DNA of 64,000 nucleotides from Escherichia coli (GCF_024298765.1 NZ_CP101210.1), one strand, 5' to 3'; positions 25,362 to 36,989 are shown, counted from the stretch's first letter. Notes: generated by a model from the sequence alone, not told the origin. Numbers and translations: made by a program.

Positions 25362-25820
25362 TTAGTACTGATGAGCGGTCGCGTTGTTACCAAAGCCAAC
25401 CTGAGTCACGTTGACGGAGGAGTTAGATGCAGTCTGATCAACTGCAGCACCGTTGCCACCACCGAACTGTTTAACAGTCATTTCAGAATTTTTGCCGTTC
25501 CACTGATCAAGAGTGGCGCTGTTACCGAAGCCACGTTGGGTCAGATCGATTGAGCTGTCATCTGAGCCCTGACCAACATCTGCACCATTACCACCGCCAT
25601 GTTGGGTAATAGTCAAGTCAGAGTTACGGGCATCAGCTTGCAGAGCAAGTGCAGAGTTACCGCCACCGTACTGGTAAATGTTCAGCTCTGAATTTGGGCC
25701 GCTATTATTACCGCCACCACCGTGGTTGCCGCCACCGCCGCCGTACTGAGGAACAACACCTGCCAGAGCGCTACCGGAGAATACGATTGCTGCAATTGCT
25801 GCTACTTTTAAAAGTTTCAT
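25362..25820 (-). CDS. csgA: Major curlin subunit CsgA
   Basis: 152 aa MKLLKVAAIAAIVFSGSALAGVVPQYGGGGGNHGGGGNNSGPNSELNIYQYGGGNSALALQ... with the five S-x5-Q-x-G-x-G-N-x-A-x3-Q amyloid repeats. Confidence 0.96.
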   Translation of the reverse strand: MKLLKVAAIAAIVFSGSALAGVVPQYGGGGGNHGGGGNNSGPNSELNIYQYGGGNSALALQADARNSDLTITQHGGGNGADVGQGSDDSSIDLTQRGFGNSATLDQWNGKNSEMTVKQFGGGNGAAVDQTASNSSVNVTQVGFGNNATAHQY

Positions 25821-25860
25821 GTAAAACCCCCATCGGATTGATTTAAAAGTCGAATGGAAA

Positions 25861-26316
25861 TTAACGTTGTGTCACGCGAATAGCCATTTGCGACTGTCTC
25901 TGCACTACAATTGCCGTTTTTTGAGTACCATACTGTGTAATATTTGCTTTATTACCCGAACCTTTCTGGATAATCATCGCAGTATTACCATAAGCACCTT
26001 GCGAAATACTGGCATCGTTGGCACTGCCCGCCTGATCAATATATGCAAGGTTATAATCTCCTGTCTGGTCAATCTTTGCCCGGTTGCTACTACCTTCTTG
26101 CGCAACAACCGCCAAAAGTTTTGAGCCTCCCTGCCGTAACTGAGCACTATTATTAGTCCCAGCTTGACCAATTATGGCTGCCTGATTAAATGAAGACTTA
26201 CTCAATTCATTTACCGCGAAGTTATATTCTGAATTAGCTAAATCATAACCTGCTGCGGCTGCAATCCCAGGCGCACCCAGTATTGTTAACATCATAAATA
26301 ACAATTTGTTTTTCAT
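25861..26316 (-). CDS. csgB: Minor curlin subunit (nucleator) CsgB
   Basis: ORF 25861..26343 (-); start MKNKLLFMMLTILGAPGIAAA...; 151 aa. Confidence 0.95.
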   Translation of the reverse strand: MKNKLLFMMLTILGAPGIAAAAGYDLANSEYNFAVNELSKSSFNQAAIIGQAGTNNSAQLRQGGSKLLAVVAQEGSSNRAKIDQTGDYNLAYIDQAGSANDASISQGAYGNTAMIIQKGSGNKANITQYGTQKTAIVVQRQSQMAIRVTQR

Positions 26317-27069
26317 GTTGTCACCCTGGACCTGGTCGTACATTTAAGAAATTAAATCATTTCAACTTGGTTGTTAACGCAACCTGTATTTTGTTAACGC
26401 TGCGTTACGATGGAAAGTATGTCTGCGGAAATATTTTTAATAACTCACCCGCGCGTTGTATTTTTCTTTTTTTGTTCATACCAAAGTATTAAAACTCACG
26501 TAAATACGCTGTTATCTACGCAAAAAATATTTTGTTTTCTTTTAAATCTCCGTTTTCCGCTATCAAAAATCACCAGACAATCATTCTTCTTGCCCGTCGC
26601 TGATTGCTGCGATATGTCTTGCGCACAAGCCGTGACAAACCTCGTCTTTTTGCAGTAAAAAATTGTCCACGGAGGTGTGGAGAAAAAACAAGAACGTTTT
26701 ACATGACGAAAGGACTACACCGAAATATTTTTTATATGCATTATTAGTAAGTTAGCACCATTTGTATGATTTTTTAAAATTGTGCAATAAAAACCAAATG
26801 TACAACTTTTCTATCATTTCTAAACTTAATAAAACCTTAAGATTAACATTTTAATATAACGAGTTACATTTAGTTACATGTTTAACACTTGATTTAAGAT
26901 TTGTAATGGCTAGATTGAAATCAGATGTAATCCATTAGTTTTATATTTTACCCATTTAGGGCTGATTTATTACTACACACAGCAGTGCAACATCTGTCAG
27001 TACTTCTGGTGCTTCTATTTTAGAGGCAGCTGTCAGGTGTGCGATCAATAAAAAAAGCGGGGTTTCATC
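26317..27069. promoter_or_regulatory. Divergent csgBAC / csgDEFG intergenic control region
   Basis: About 750 bp AT-rich ORF-poor spacer between divergent csgB and csgD; known to integrate several global regulators. Individual sites not mapped here. Confidence 0.8.
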
Positions 27070-27720
<651 letters not shown>

Positions 27721-27724
27721 AGCC

Positions 27725-28114
27725 ATGAAACGTTATTTACGCTGGATTGTGGCGGCAGAATTTCTGTTCGCCGCAGGGAATCTTCACGCCGTTGAGGTAG
27801 AAGTCCCGGGATTGTTAACTGACCATACTGTTTCATCTATTGGCCATGATTTTTACCGAGCCTTTAGTGATAAATGGGAAAGTGACTATACGGGTAACTT
27901 AACGATTAATGAAAGGCCCAGTGCACGATGGGGAAGCTGGATCACAATAACGGTGAATCAGGACGTTATTTTCCAGACTTTTTTATTTCCGTTGAAAAGA
28001 GACTTCGAGAAAACTGTCGTCTTTGCACTGATTCAAACTGAAGAAGCACTAAATCGTCGCCAGATAAACCAAGCGTTATTAAGTACGGGCGATTTGGCGC
28101 ATGATGAATTTTAA
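27725..28114 (+). CDS. csgE: Curli secretion specificity factor CsgE
   Basis: 129 aa [22 protein letters not shown]..., immediately downstream of csgD. Confidence 0.93.
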
Positions 28115-28138
28115 ATAATAAATTGTTCGGAGGCTGCA

Positions 28139-28555
28139 ATGCGTGTCAAACATGCAGTAGTTCTACTCATGCTTATTTCGCCATTAAGTTGGGCTGGAAC
28201 CATGACTTTCCAGTTCCGTAATCCAAACTTTGGTGGTAACCCAAATAATGGCGCTTTTTTGTTAAATAGCGCTCAGGCCCAAAACTCTTATAAAGATCCG
28301 AGCTATAACGATGACTTTGGTATTGAAACGCCCTCGGCGTTAGATAACTTTACTCAGGCCATCCAGTCACAAATTTTGGGTGGGCTACTGTCGAATATTA
28401 ATACCGGTAAACCGGGCCGCATGGTGACCAACGATTATATTGTTGATATTGCTAACCGCGATGGTCAATTGCAGTTGAACGTGACAGATCGTAAAACCGG
28501 ACAAACCTCGACCATCCAGGTTTCGGGTTTACAAAATAACTCAACCGATTTTTAA
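28139..28555 (+). CDS. csgF: Curli assembly component CsgF
   Basis: 138 aa [48 protein letters not shown].... Confidence 0.93.
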
Positions 28556-28581
28556 GCCCCAGCTTCATAAGGAAAATAATC

Positions 28582-29415
28582 ATGCAGCGCTTATTTCTTT
28601 TGGTTGCCGTCATGTTACTGAGCGGATGCTTAACCGCCCCGCCTAAAGAAGCCGCCAGACCGACATTAATGCCTCGTGCTCAGAGCTACAAAGATTTGAC
28701 CCATCTGCCAGCGCCGACGGGTAAGATCTTTGTTTCGGTATACAACATTCAGGACGAAACCGGGCAATTTAAACCCTACCCGGCAAGTAACTTCTCCACT
28801 GCTGTTCCGCAAAGCGCCACGGCAATGCTGGTCACGGCATTGAAAGATTCTCGCTGGTTTATACCGCTGGAGCGCCAAGGCTTACAAAACCTGCTTAACG
28901 AGCGCAAGATTATTCGTGCGGCACAAGAAAACGGCACGGTTGCCATTAATAACCGAATCCCGCTGCAATCTTTAACGGCGGCAAATATCATGGTTGAAGG
29001 TTCAATTATCGGTTATGAAAGCAACGTTAAATCGGGCGGGGTTGGGGCAAGATATTTTGGGATCGGTGCAGACACGCAATACCAGCTTGATCAGATTGCC
29101 GTGAACCTGCGCGTCGTCAATGTGAGTACCGGCGAGATCCTCTCCTCGGTGAACACCAGTAAGACGATACTTTCCTATGAAGTTCAGGCGGGGGTCTTCC
29201 GCTTTATTGACTACCAGCGCTTGCTGGAAGGGGAAGTAGGTTACACCTCGAACGAACCCGTTATGCTGTGCCTGATGTCGGCTATCGAAACAGGCGTCAT
29301 TTTCCTGATTAATGATGGTATCGACCGCGGTCTTTGGGATTTGCAAAATAAAGCAGAACGGCAGAATGACATTCTGGTGAAATACCGCCATATGTCGGTT
29401 CCACCGGAATCCTGA
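28582..29415 (+). CDS. csgG: Curli outer-membrane secretion channel lipoprotein CsgG
   Basis: 277 aa MQRLFLLVAVMLLSGCLTAPPKEAARPTLMPRAQSYKDL... with lipobox. Confidence 0.95.
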   Translation: MQRLFLLVAVMLLSGCLTAPPKEAARPTLMPRAQSYKDLTHLPAPTGKIFVSVYNIQDETGQFKPYPASNFSTAVPQSATAMLVTALKDSRWFIPLERQGLQNLLNERKIIRAAQENGTVAINNRIPLQSLTAANIMVEGSIIGYESNVKSGGVGARYFGIGADTQYQLDQIAVNLRVVNVSTGEILSSVNTSKTILSYEVQAGVFRFIDYQRLLEGEVGYTSNEPVMLCLMSAIETGVIFLINDGIDRGLWDLQNKAERQNDILVKYRHMSVPPES

Positions 29416-29423
29416 TAGATAAA

Positions 29424-29456
29424 AATGCCGGAATTATCATCCGGCATTTTACTGTT
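29424..29456 (+). terminator. Putative intrinsic terminator after csgG
   Basis: Hairpin aatgccggaattatcatccggcatt followed by a T-rich tract, 9 bp after the csgG stop. Confidence 0.6.
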
Positions 29457-29478
29457 TAAGCGAAAGCGTGAGTGCCCC

Positions 29479-29970
29479 TCACGCTTTATTTTTGATTTGC
29501 TGCTCACGGTGAGCGGTCTTCGTACTACGCGCCGCCAGCCACAAGCCGCTGTTTTTCATTGCGTAACCAAATATCAACCCGAGCGCCAGCGAAGGTAACA
29601 CCAGTTTCCAGTCACCCTGCCCGGCAAACGTCGCGCATGCGCCTATAAACGTTCCCGGAACAAATGAAAGCAGCAGCTGTTTGGCCTGAATACACATCAG
29701 AAACGCGACAATACCGGTTATGACATAACCGAGAATTTCCAGATGTGGTGCCAGTGCACTACCGTAAATAATGACCATCGCCCACACCACGCCACTAAGC
29801 AGGGTTGCAGCGGAGATCGCCAGCCCTTTCAGCCCACCTTGCGGGCAGGCAAAGTAGGCCGTACAGCCCAGGAAGCCCGCCCAGCTTAGTAAGCCCAGGG
29901 AAACAGCCACCCATCCCCAGATACCGGAGAGAATGCCTGTTGTGATTGCAATAGAGAGAAGTATGTTCAT
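29479..29970 (-). CDS. ycdZ: Inner membrane protein YcdZ (DUF1097)
   Basis: ORF 29479..30018 (-); internal start MNILLSIAITTGILSGIWGWVAVSLGLLSWAGFLG...; 163 aa. Confidence 0.85.
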   Translation of the reverse strand: MNILLSIAITTGILSGIWGWVAVSLGLLSWAGFLGCTAYFACPQGGLKGLAISAATLLSGVVWAMVIIYGSALAPHLEILGYVITGIVAFLMCIQAKQLLLSFVPGTFIGACATFAGQGDWKLVLPSLALGLIFGYAMKNSGLWLAARSTKTAHREQQIKNKA

Positions 29971-30071
29971 GCCGCGCATGATAGCAGAAAACGCGGCCAT
30001 GAATGAGATCGAGCACACATTTTATGCAACAACAAATTATCTGTTGCAGTTATGAGTGATGTAGATCACAT

Positions 30072-30626
30072 TTACTCTTCAGAATCTTCTTCCAGCTCGT
30101 CCCACATTGCACTAATGGCATCGCGGGTTAGCGGTGCCATGGTGCGCCAGAAAGGCGTGGTTGCATGGGCCTCCACTTTGCCAAGGAACGCACCACACCA
30201 GGGTAACAGATACTCACTGAACAGTGTTTCCAGTGCTTCGCTCTCATCTTCCGTTGACTGATCTTCCAGCCAGGAAGCCGCGAGCAGCAATGTGCCGATG
30301 TGATCGGCTGGCGTATCCGCTAATGGCATCCCCCGTTCGGAAAGAAAAGCGCGCACTTCCGCTTCCGTCGCGCCCTCAACCCATGCGCTACGATATGGCG
30401 GCACAGCACATTCATCGCCGATAAACAACGCATTGTAATCGGCAGAGACTTGCGTCATATCACAGCTTTTCTGTAAACGCGTCAGTAACTCATCCTGCTC
30501 CAGTGGCCAGTTCGCAGCCAGTTTCCCCTCACGAATCAGGGTAAACAACGGCACCAGTAAAGGATCTTGCGGTTGGCGGTAATAGAGCGAACCCAGCACA
30601 CGACAGAGGATAGAAAACTCATTCAT
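30072..30626 (-). CDS. ycdY: TorD-family redox enzyme maturation chaperone YcdY
   Basis: 184 aa MNEFSILCRVLGSLYYRQPQDPLLVPLFTLI.... Confidence 0.88.
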   Translation of the reverse strand: MNEFSILCRVLGSLYYRQPQDPLLVPLFTLIREGKLAANWPLEQDELLTRLQKSCDMTQVSADYNALFIGDECAVPPYRSAWVEGATEAEVRAFLSERGMPLADTPADHIGTLLLAASWLEDQSTEDESEALETLFSEYLLPWCGAFLGKVEAHATTPFWRTMAPLTRDAISAMWDELEEDSEE

Positions 30627-30649
30627 TAATATATTTCCATTACTAGTAA

Positions 30650-31387
30650 TTAAAGGTCTGCAAATTCCGCAATCGGTGCCATACCGCGAGATTCAAGGAA
30701 GTTAAGTAAGCGGCGCGGAGAAACATTCAAAATGCGCTCTGGCGGAAAATCTACCGCGTCGAGGATTTTAAGACACTCTTCAAATTCCCCCATGGTAAAC
30801 GCAGTGTGAGAATCCGAGCCTAATGCCACCCAACCTCCAGCGTCACGTACCGCTGCGGCTACCGCCCGACAGTTGTCTTCACTGCCCTTACGTGAGTGTA
30901 AAAATGAGGAATTATTGATTTCCAGCGCCACCTGATGTTTCGCGGCTGCTTCAGCAACGGCTTTAACATCTATTTCATATTTCGGATTTCCGGGATGGCT
31001 TATTATATGCACATTGCCGCTGGCGATAGTGGCGATCATCGCTTGCGTATTGGTCGCTTTGTCATGCGGCGCAAACACCGGCTCATGAAAACCGGCAATA
31101 ATCAGATCCAGCGAATCAAACATTTTTCCGCTGCAGTCAATTTCACCATCAACATTTTTAATGTTAGCTTCGATGCCGCGCAGGATCCCTACCCCATCAA
31201 CCACTCGCGGCCAGATACGCATGTTAATGAAGTGCCAGTGATGCGGCGCATCTTCCATATCCGGGCCATGATCGGTGATCGCAAAAAGTTTAATGCCCTT
31301 TTGTTTGGCCTGGGCAATGTAATCACTCAATGTGCTATATGCATGCGTGCTGGCAACGGTATGCATATGAAGGTCGACGGGATACAT
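30650..31387 (-). CDS. ycdX: PHP-domain zinc phosphatase YcdX
   Basis: 245 aa [44 protein letters not shown]... with PHP-domain histidines. Confidence 0.9.
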
Positions 31388-31441
31388 AACTCTCTCCTGT
31401 ATTCAATTCCCGCCAAGGATAGCAGGAAACCTGATGCTTTA

Positions 31442-32431
<990 letters not shown>

Positions 32432-32613
32432 CTACAAAGACCACCAGCATAACAAATCCGTGGTCGGTGGCAAAAAAAGCAAATTTCGCTTATTAAAACT
32501 GCATATTGATTGAAGTTTGAATAATCGAGCGATTTTTTAAAAAAAGTTTGTTGACCTCAGGTCATGATTTCCCTAAATTAGCGCCCGTTCCAGCAAGACA
32601 GGAACGACAATTT

Positions 32614-32701
32614 GGTGAGGTGTCCGAGTGGCTGAAGGAGCACGCCTGGAAAGTGTGTATACGGCAACGTATCGGGGGTTCGAATCCCCCCCTCACCGCC
32701 A
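32614..32701 (+). tRNA. serX: tRNA-Ser (long variable arm, serX-like)
   Basis: GGTGAGGTGTCCGAGTGGCTGAAGGAGCACGCCTGGAAAGTGTGTATACGGCAACGTATCGGGGGTTCGAATCCCCCCCTCACCGCCA: 7 bp acceptor stem GGTGAGG/CCTCACC, T-arm GGTTCGAATCC, candidate GGA anticodon in CTGGAAA, encoded CCA; 88 nt. Confidence 0.9.
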
Positions 32702-32709
32702 TCTTTAAA

Positions 32710-32743
32710 GAAGAGCTCGTACGAAAGTACGAGCTTTTTTTTC
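32710..32743 (+). terminator. Intrinsic terminator after the tRNA-Ser
   Basis: Hairpin aagagctcgtac-gaaa-gtacgagctt followed by eight T. Confidence 0.8.
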
Positions 32744-32864
32744 GTATATTGCACACACCGGGGGGATGAGAAGCCCCGACCGGGGTTCGACAACTGGCGA
32801 CAGCCAGTTGGACAGACCGTGAACGCAGTGAGCGGGCTGCCCGCAGGGCGAGCGAAGCGAGTCA

Positions 32865-33107
32865 ATCCCCCCCTCACCGCCATCTTTAAAGAAGAGCTCG
32901 TACGAAAGTACGGGCTTTTTTTTCGTATATTGCACACACCGGGGGGATGAGAAGCCCCGACCGGGGTTCGACAACTGGCGACAGCCAGTTGGACAGACCG
33001 TGAACGCAGTGAGCGGGCTGCCCGCAGGGCGAGCGAAGCGAGTCAATCCCCCTCACCGCCATCTTTAAAGAAGAGCTCGTACGAAAGTACGGGCTTTTTT
33101 TCGTATA
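32865..33107 (+). repeat. Tandem duplicated copies (units of about 180 bp) of the tRNA-Ser 3' end plus terminator plus spacer
   Basis: AATCCCCCCCTCACCGCCATCTTTAAAGAAGAGCTCGTACGAAAGTACG(A/G)GCTTTTTTT recurs at 32865 and 33045 with the following ~120 bp spacer; the third unit is interrupted by the IS at 33108 and its next 33 bp resume at 34418. Confidence 0.85.
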
Positions 33108-33157
33108 TGACCCGTCCTGAATAGCGTTGACACGTTCCTGACTTAAATCCGGAGAAC

Positions 33158-33561
33158 GTGATGATGACTGAGTTCAAACGCACCCAACGTGATTATCCTC
33201 TATCCTTTAAAATAGCTGTTGTTGAGCAGGTTGAAAAAGGCGAGATGACCTATAAACAGGCCCAGCAGCGGTATGGCATTCAGGGGCGCTCCACCGTTCT
33301 TGTCTGGTTACGTAAATTGGCCGGCTTGACTGGAGTCCTGGACTTCCTGACCTGGTGAAGAGGAAACTGCCTGTGACTCAGACAACTATCCCGCTCACAC
33401 CCGAGCAAAGAATCAGGGAACTTGAAGCGCAGCTTGAGCTGGCGAACCAGAAAGCTGAGTTTTTTGAGTCAGTTATCAATGTCCTTAAAAATGATTACGG
33501 GGTGAGTATCGTAAAAAAGCGGCCCGGCAAGTCCTCGCGCAAAGTCCGGCCCCCAAAATAA
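33158..33561 (+). pseudogene. IS3-family transposase orfA, split across two frames
   Basis: ORFs 33158..33358 (MMMTEFKRTQRDYPLSFKIAVVEQVEKGEMTYKQAQQRYGIQGRS, HTH-like) and 33355..33561 (leucine-zipper-like LTPEQRIRELEAQLELANQKAEFFESV) lie in different frames. Confidence 0.6.
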
Positions 33562-33563
33562 CT

Positions 33564-34414
33564 GTGACGCGTGCATGTCTGTTCCTGGGACACAGCAGAC
33601 AGGCATGGTATCAGGACAACACAAGGCGCAGAAAACGGCAGGAACATCATGCTCAGGTTCTTGATTTTGTTGCCCGTGTCAGATGTCGTCAGCCCCGAAT
33701 CGGTGCGCGTAAGCTGCACTATCTGCTGAACACTCAGGCCGATAAAAGGCTGAATATCGGGCGAGACCGCCTGTTTAACCTGCTCGATGAATACCGACTC
33801 CTGGTGCCAGTAAAACGGGCATATCACAAAACTACCAACAGTCATCATCGCTTCTACCGACATCCAAACCTGCTTAAACCAGGCCCTGAACAGGTTACCG
33901 CTCTTGAACCAGAACAGGTCTGGGTCGCCGATATTACTTACCTTCCACTGCGCAATGGTACGGCCTATCTGAGTCTGGTCACCGATGCCTGCTCCAGAAA
34001 AATTATGGGCTACCATGTTGGGGAAAACCTGCAGACAGAAAATGTGGTAAAAGCGTTCAGACAGGCGCTGAGGCTGAGAAAAACGACGAGTCCCCTGGTG
34101 CATCATTCTGACAGGGGCTGCAATACTGTTCAGCGCTCTATCAGTCAGTTCATGAAAGAAATGGAATAACCTGTTCAATGACGGATGGTTATGACTGCTA
34201 CCAGAACGCACTGGCTGAGCGAATAAACGGTATCCTGAAAGATGAGTTTTTACTCTCGCGTCCTGCAGACCTGGCGCAGGCCCGGGAAATGGTCAAAGAG
34301 TCCGTGGCAATTTATAACCATGAGCGGCCACATCTGGCTCTGAAATACAAAACGCCCGATGACGTTCATCAGGCGTTTTACAGACAGAAAAGTGTCAACT
34401 TATATCAGGACTAG
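33564..34414 (+). pseudogene. IS3-family transposase orfB (DDE integrase-like), interrupted
   Basis: ORFs 33564..34169 and 34178..34414 in different frames; contain WVADITYL, HHSDRGC and YNHERPH motifs typical of the IS3 DDE catalytic core. Three frame changes across orfA-orfB where one programmed -1 shift is expected. Confidence 0.6.
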
Positions 34415-34464
34415 TCAATATTGCACACACCGGGGGGATGAGAAGCCCCGACCGGGGTACTTAG

Positions 34465-35151
34465 TTAATGCAACGGTTCACCCTTTGTCGCCGCGGCTAA
34501 TGGGCGAATTTTGTCACGGGTATCCCAGACCGGAGGGATTTCATCCAATTTAGTGACAGAAGCTCGTACAAAAGGCACCCGTGCAATAGTCATAATCGTA
34601 TTCAACCAACGGTCACGAATAATGCGATCTGCCCTTTCATGACTCGGATCATCCAGCTCAATAACACAGACTATTTTGTTGTTCTTCTTTGAAACCAGAA
34701 CATAATCCATTGCCATTCCATTATAAATTGCAAAGAAACGCTTTCTTTCTTCTTCGCTAAACTCGGGTTGTTCTGGAAAGTTGATCAAGCGCCCCAGAGA
34801 GACCTGGCAATGGATATGACAATAATGTCCAAACCATTTCTCCAGATTATCAAAATAGATTTTTTCACAACGCGTAATTAACCACTCTTTTCCTTCCAAT
34901 AAAATACCTTCGGCAACCATTCCATGAAATAACTCATCTCGTTCTTGCCAACGAGAATCACGATAGGTTTTCTGCGGTGTATAGCTCCTTGTCGACGCCT
35001 TAGCAGCAGGGGGAGTTGCAGATGAAGGGACTGGTTGCGATTTAGAGATGATCACCGATGAGGCAACTTTTCGGAGTGTCAATTTTCTGGCAACAACAAA
35101 ACCGGCGACAAATGCAATTGTCAAACAAGTTACAAAAGCCATAAAGCTCAT
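34465..35151 (-). CDS. Hypothetical membrane-anchored protein, orphan
   Basis: 228 aa; N-terminal TM helix (MSFMAFVTCLTIAFVAGFVVARKL), Ser/Pro-rich linker, C-terminal globular region with Cys/His cluster (HYCHIHC) and a hydrophobic-ELDD-x-SH-E-x-AD motif. No family assigned. Confidence 0.6.
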   Translation of the reverse strand: MSFMAFVTCLTIAFVAGFVVARKLTLRKVASSVIISKSQPVPSSATPPAAKASTRSYTPQKTYRDSRWQERDELFHGMVAEGILLEGKEWLITRCEKIYFDNLEKWFGHYCHIHCQVSLGRLINFPEQPEFSEEERKRFFAIYNGMAMDYVLVSKKNNKIVCVIELDDPSHERADRIIRDRWLNTIMTIARVPFVRASVTKLDEIPPVWDTRDKIRPLAAATKGEPLH

Positions 35152-35713
35152 AATTAATTTTCACCTATCCATGTTGATTATATTTCATTACCAACGTTAC
35201 TCGCTGTAGCGTGTTACATGCCAACAATTCAACGATCAATATATAGTTAGTATCATGTTTTTATTATTACAACCACCCCTATTTTGCCATTGCGGCTTGC
35301 CTTCCACAAAAAATAAAAACACAAAACATTAGCCAAAGAATTAATTAAGATTAACCTGACATTTTTAATGTTATCCCTAAAAAATATAATCAGGAGAATA
35401 TATTCGGTGTTAATCAGTCAGTCAAATTTTGGCTCATTGTTGATTAAACCTCATACGCAAAATTGGCACCAGACCTCCTGTACAGGTTGAATGGCTGGAA
35501 AAAGATAGGCAAAAAACTCTCCGCGCTGGCGGCATTACATTGGTCGCGTGCTATGACGAAAAATGCCTGGTAAAAGTATCTAAACCAGAATTAATTTCAG
35601 CTTATCAACACGCTCAAAGTCGCCCCCCAGAACGTTAACCTGAAGTGAAAGTCTTTGCTGTTAATGAAATAAAACAAAGCCCGGTTCGCCCGGGCTCTGC
35701 GCCGATAATACAC

Positions 35714-36502
35714 TTAACTGTATGCATGTAGCGTACGTTGGCAAAGTGCCGAACGTACGCAATCCTCTTTACCGAATCGGACGATCCCGACCATTTCATC
35801 TTCTTCGAAACGTTCCAGCGCGTCACTTAATCCGGAGCGCACGCCGCGAGGCAAATCGCATTGCGTGATATCACCGTTGACGATAACCGTCACGTTCTCC
35901 CCGAGGCGGGTTAAAAACATTTTCATTTGCGCGGCAGTCACATTCTGCGCCTCGTCAAGAATGACGACTGCATTTTCAAAGGTACGTCCACGCATATAGG
36001 CGAACGGCGCAATTTCCACCTTCCCTATTTCCGGTCGCAGGCAGTACTGCATAAAGGAAGCCCCTAAGCGCCGAACCAGCACGTCGTAGACCGGGCGAAA
36101 ATAGGGAGCAAACTTTTCTGCGATATCACCAGGTAAGAAGCCAAGATCTTCATCGGCTTGCAGAACTGGACGGGTGACGATAATCCTGTCGACATCCTTA
36201 TGTATCAGGGCCTCTGCCGCTTTTGCTGCGCTGATCCAGGTTTTTCCGCACCCGGCTTCGCCCGTGGCGAATATCAGCTGCTTACTCTCAATAGCCTTCA
36301 GATAGTGCAATTGCGCTTCATTTCGCGCGAGGATGGGCGAGGTATCGCGACTATCGCGGGCCATACCAATGGCTTCTACGCCGCTCATTTGCACAAGCGA
36401 GGTGACCGATTCTTCTTCACGCTGCTTATGGCTGCGCGAATCCCGTCTCAGCACACGTTTTGCCTCGCGACGAGCTTTGATCACTGCTTTTTGTCTTCCC
36501 AT
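35714..36502 (-). CDS. phoH: PhoH (ATP-binding, Pho regulon)
   Basis: MGRQKAVIKARREAKRVLRRDSRSHKQ... with Walker A GEAGCGKT; ORF 35714..36637 allows a longer N-terminus, so the start is uncertain. Confidence 0.88.
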   Translation of the reverse strand: MGRQKAVIKARREAKRVLRRDSRSHKQREEESVTSLVQMSGVEAIGMARDSRDTSPILARNEAQLHYLKAIESKQLIFATGEAGCGKTWISAAKAAEALIHKDVDRIIVTRPVLQADEDLGFLPGDIAEKFAPYFRPVYDVLVRRLGASFMQYCLRPEIGKVEIAPFAYMRGRTFENAVVILDEAQNVTAAQMKMFLTRLGENVTVIVNGDITQCDLPRGVRSGLSDALERFEEDEMVGIVRFGKEDCVRSALCQRTLHAYS

Positions 36503-36989
36503 GGAGAGCACCTTGAGTTGTTTGTATTCATCACACGCGCCGTTGGCAGCGCGATTATGCGCACGAACATCAGAGGGTTGGCTTCCTTGTAAGCCATAGT
36601 TTGCTTTTGGATAAAATGCCGAAAAACGGCTACGCACACCGTTTGCGGCGTCGGTAACACGAGTAAAGAGAGGAAGTGAGAAAAATACAGAGTGACGAAG
36701 TTGCTACCGGAGGAGAAATCTCCGCGAGTGGTGGAGCCTTGCTTAACAAAACATTGTCCAGAACAGGACGTTACCATCCGCGATCTCCATAGTGACTGAC
36801 TATCACTGCCGGGAACTTCCGCTGCTACTTAATAATTACAACAGATTTCGCATTCATTGCAACAATATATTCACTTACATTTAACCATAAAACACCATTT
36901 CAGTGACATTAGTTTCTACTGGAAAGATGACAAAGTGATGACAGAGATGAAAAAAGCTGTGTGCTTTCAGCAGGATTCGCAGGGCTGGT

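Larger units (their letters stand above)
33108..34417 (+). mobile_element. IS3-family insertion sequence (1310 bp), probably defective
   Basis: Terminal inverted repeats TGACCCGTCCTGAATAGCGTTGACAC / (rc) TGACTAGTCCTGATATAAGTTGACAC with TG...CA ends; flanking 3 bp direct repeat ATA (33105-33107, 34418-34420); internal orfA/orfB-type transposase reading frames. Family member not identified. Confidence 0.82.

Noticed and set aside
25362-26316. Periodic repeats within csgA and csgB
   Set aside because: These are the protein-level amyloid repeat units of curlin subunits, not a DNA repeat array or CRISPR.
32578-33046. Two minus-strand ORFs (119 and 113 aa) with near-identical translations spanning the tRNA-Ser and the repeat units
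   Set aside because: They overlap the tRNA gene and are duplicated only because the underlying DNA is tandemly repeated; no RBS or plausible protein features. Treated as artefacts of the repeat.
35152-35713. Possible degraded gene remnant in the AT-rich stretch between the orphan 228 aa gene and phoH
   Set aside because: No ORF of meaningful length and no recognisable protein similarity by eye; apart from a probable phoH terminator hairpin (about 35675-35700) nothing specific could be supported.
36481-36777. 98 aa ORF upstream of and overlapping the phoH 5' region, in a different frame
   Set aside because: Different frame from the PhoH body and no recognisable features; I could not confirm from memory whether PhoH has a longer annotated N-terminus, so the conservative start at 36502 was kept.
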